Assembly: GCF_009914755.1 (NCBI RefSeq)
Contig: NC_060933.1
Strand: one strand, 5' to 3'
Length of the DNA: 64,000 nt
DNA from: the human T2T-CHM13v2.0 reference genome, Homo sapiens
Of this stretch, positions 61,291 through 64,000 are shown piece by piece. The notes under the pieces are model-generated. The model saw only the letters and a list, made by a program, of their open reading frames with translations, was not told the DNA's origin and did no database searches. The stretch's first letter is position 1. Each line of letters starts with the position of its first letter. The translations under genes and the position numbers were made by a program.

Positions 61291-63429
61291 GCCAGTGGGG
61301 ATGAAAGAAAGCTCTACTCCAGATTCGGTCCATCACAGGGGGTGTGTGCACAGGCTATCTCCCCAGAGTACGGGGAATTCAGCCTGTAGATGGTCCCTTA
61401 ATCCAGGAGAATCTCACCAGTTCCTAGCTCAGCTGTGCCCTCTGCCTGTGGGATATCTGTTTGGCTGCCTCCCTGATTGGGCAGGGATGATAGGCTCAAC
61501 ACCAGGAAGGCTGGAAGAAAACAAGGCTGCGTGGAACGCAGGAGAAAAGCCATGCCTCTCCTCTCTAACCAAAAGAATTCAGGATTCAGAAGAAAAGAAG
61601 AGCCCAGAGCACGAATTCCAGCCCCCGAAAAGTTCAAAGGCTTCAACCATTCAAAGGAAGTTCTTTTCTACCTTCAGTGTAAAGGCCTTCCAAGGGACAT
61701 ATTTTGGCAGCATCATTTTAATATGGAGTTCCATACTAGCTCTTGAGTAATGGTCTCTGGAGGAATGTTTGTATGAATGGCATCATTTTTAAAAAATATG
61801 ATGGCTTTAGGCAGGGTCCAGCATATCCTATCTATCCAACTGCTTTATATTTTCCCTGTTACCTGTCTGGTCTCTAAAAATATTGGAGAACTATCAAAAC
61901 TACTTTCCCTAAGACATTTTAGAATCCTGGTATTTCTGAGTTAAAAGGAACCCAAAGGTCATTGAGTCTCTGATAGTTGTCTGATACAGGAGGCAACAGG
62001 CCCCATTGAGGAAGCAGAAAGTGGCCACCTAACATTACCAGGAAGGAGACCTCATTCAGCAATGTCTTAAGTCACCCACAGAGTAAGAATTGCTCTCATA
62101 GTAAGCCTGTAAATTCAACAATAACTTGTGACTCTTTAAGATAAAAAAAACAAACAAACAAAAACAAAACAAAAAAAAACAGGAATGGATGCTGTTTGGG
62201 AAAACAAAGCCTCCTAAAGCCAAAACTTTCAGGAAAGGATTCTTTGTATGTTAGGAAGTAAGGTGAGTCTCTGAAATGCATCCATGCATGTCACAGAAGC
62301 CAAATAGTAACAAACAGCTTATGAAACAGAAAGCAGCCTCTTCCCAGACATTAGCCCCAGTGCCTATTTCCATTCAGAAAACAAGGCCAACCTCCCATAT
62401 GTCAGGATCCACTAACCTCCGGGGAGGACTATGCTGAGAACAGAGACTACGTGCCATTCTCCCTCTCTTCTCCCTCCCCTGCAGCAGGCAATGTGTTCCC
62501 AGTACTCTGTGAACTGTCTCTATTATGAGACAGATAATATTTCAGTGGGCCTACTTAATATTTTTAGTTCACCAAAAGTGGCACGCCGGTCTGTATGCAA
62601 CTTCCAGTCTCTCAGAAATCCAGCGAAATGGGGGTGGAAAAAGATTATCTAAAACCAAAACCAACTGTAGCTTCTTTTGCCTTGGTAGGAGGGCTAGGGA
62701 TGCCCCTGGGAAGGGAAATTTCTCTATAGCTACAAGGGAAGGAAAATCTGGATCTGCCAAAGGAGGTCCTGAGCCAAGTTTGGAAAGTAGGCTACAGATG
62801 GCTGCATTGCTCTGTATTCTGCAGAGAGAAAAGTCAAGTCAGGGATGAGGAAGTAGCTGTGAAGCAGCAGGGTGGAAAAGAGGGCAGAGGCACACGGTGT
62901 GCCGTGGAAATTTGGAGCTCAAGGTGACAAACAAGAATATCCAATATGCAATTTTGGATGGCTTACATTTTTGGCACTGTAAGCCCTATCACCTCCCTGA
63001 TCCTTCAGTAATGTCTGTGGCACACACTAACACGTTGTGGGAGTGGCTTTTGATGAAAATCATAGATAGGAGCCCAGTCCTAGACCTGGGTTGATATGGC
63101 AACAGAACAGAGAAGGAACTTTCAGAACAATTTGTTAACTGAACGAATTAAGTCACTGAAGAGCTTAGAGTCAGAAAACATAAGCAACCCAGGGACTCTT
63201 AGAACTCTGGCTGGGACACTGGACTTTCTGCAGGATGTGGAATGGAAGTTCAACCCTGTATTATCTGGATATTCAAGGGCAGAATGACTCCAGATGATGT
63301 CACAAGCTATTAAATGTGTTAGATGGGATCAGGTGGCTTTTAAATACTATACACCCAGCATTTTGCTAGTCAGGATACAGAACTAAGTATAGCAATGGCT
63401 TGTAGGATCTTGGAATATCTTGAACTATG

Positions 63430-63995
63430 GAATCATCTTTCCAAAGTGTGAATATGACCATGTCACTCCCTATCTAAGATGACTTCTTGATGCCTACAGA
63501 ATGAAGGCCAAGGTCCCTAGATTCAGGCTCAAGATCACCATGGCCTGACCCTGGAGCCTGCTGCTCAGCCCCGCTATGCCCTGCAGTTCCCCAGCCCAAC
63601 TCAGTAATGCCCAACTCTTTGCAACCACTCCCCTCTCCCCTTCTCCTTTACTGCTGTTTCCTGTACAAGGCTGTGCCTTTGCTCCTCCTCTTCCCTCTGC
63701 CTGAAGTGCCCTTCTGGCCTTTACTTACCCGGCTCTTATTCTTCCAGGTCTGGGCTCAGATGTCTCTTCTTCCAGGAAGCCATTCCTGTTGTCCCAGTTT
63801 GGGTCATGAGTCTCTTGTATATCCAGCATATAATTCTACAATAACATGTATAACATCAGGTTGAGATTATGTATATGTATATAACTTCTTGACTGAATGA
63901 AACACAAGCTTCTTTTATATAAGAATTTAGTCTTTGCAATCTTTGTGCCTTGAGTACGTAGCACAAAGTTGAATGCTTTTTAAGTGCTCAAATAC
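63430..63995 (+). mobile_element. L2 3' fragment
   Basis: tgaccatgtcactccc...tgtctcttcttccaggaagcc...gtgctcaaata motifs. Confidence 0.6.
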
Positions 63996-64000
63996 TGGAT

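Overview
Primate (human-like) genomic DNA containing the complete VLDLR gene on the + strand. It has 19 coding exons from 20948 to 52626, all GT-AG, totalling 2622 nt (873 aa + stop). The promoter lies in a CpG island (~19800-22450) with a (CGG)5 5'UTR repeat; there is a proximal poly(A) signal near 53220 and probable distal ones near 58760-58800. The rest is typical interspersed repeats (Alu, L1, MaLR LTR, MER/Tigger, MIR, L2). The most unusual structure is a ~220-bp non-repeat insertion in the extended 3'UTR region (56352-56573). It is a mosaic copy of two separate pieces of the gene's own upstream region ~36 kb away: 20072-20168 in direct orientation and 19337-19454 inverted. The pieces are joined by a fold-back palindrome and flanked by a 15-bp imperfect target-site duplication. 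The two source pieces look like exon 1 and the polyadenylated last exon of a short divergent antisense (VLDLR-AS1-type) transcript. The gene may therefore have captured a piece of its own antisense RNA in its 3'UTR, creating a potential cis sense/antisense pairing site. Repeat subfamily calls and boundaries are by eye and approximate.
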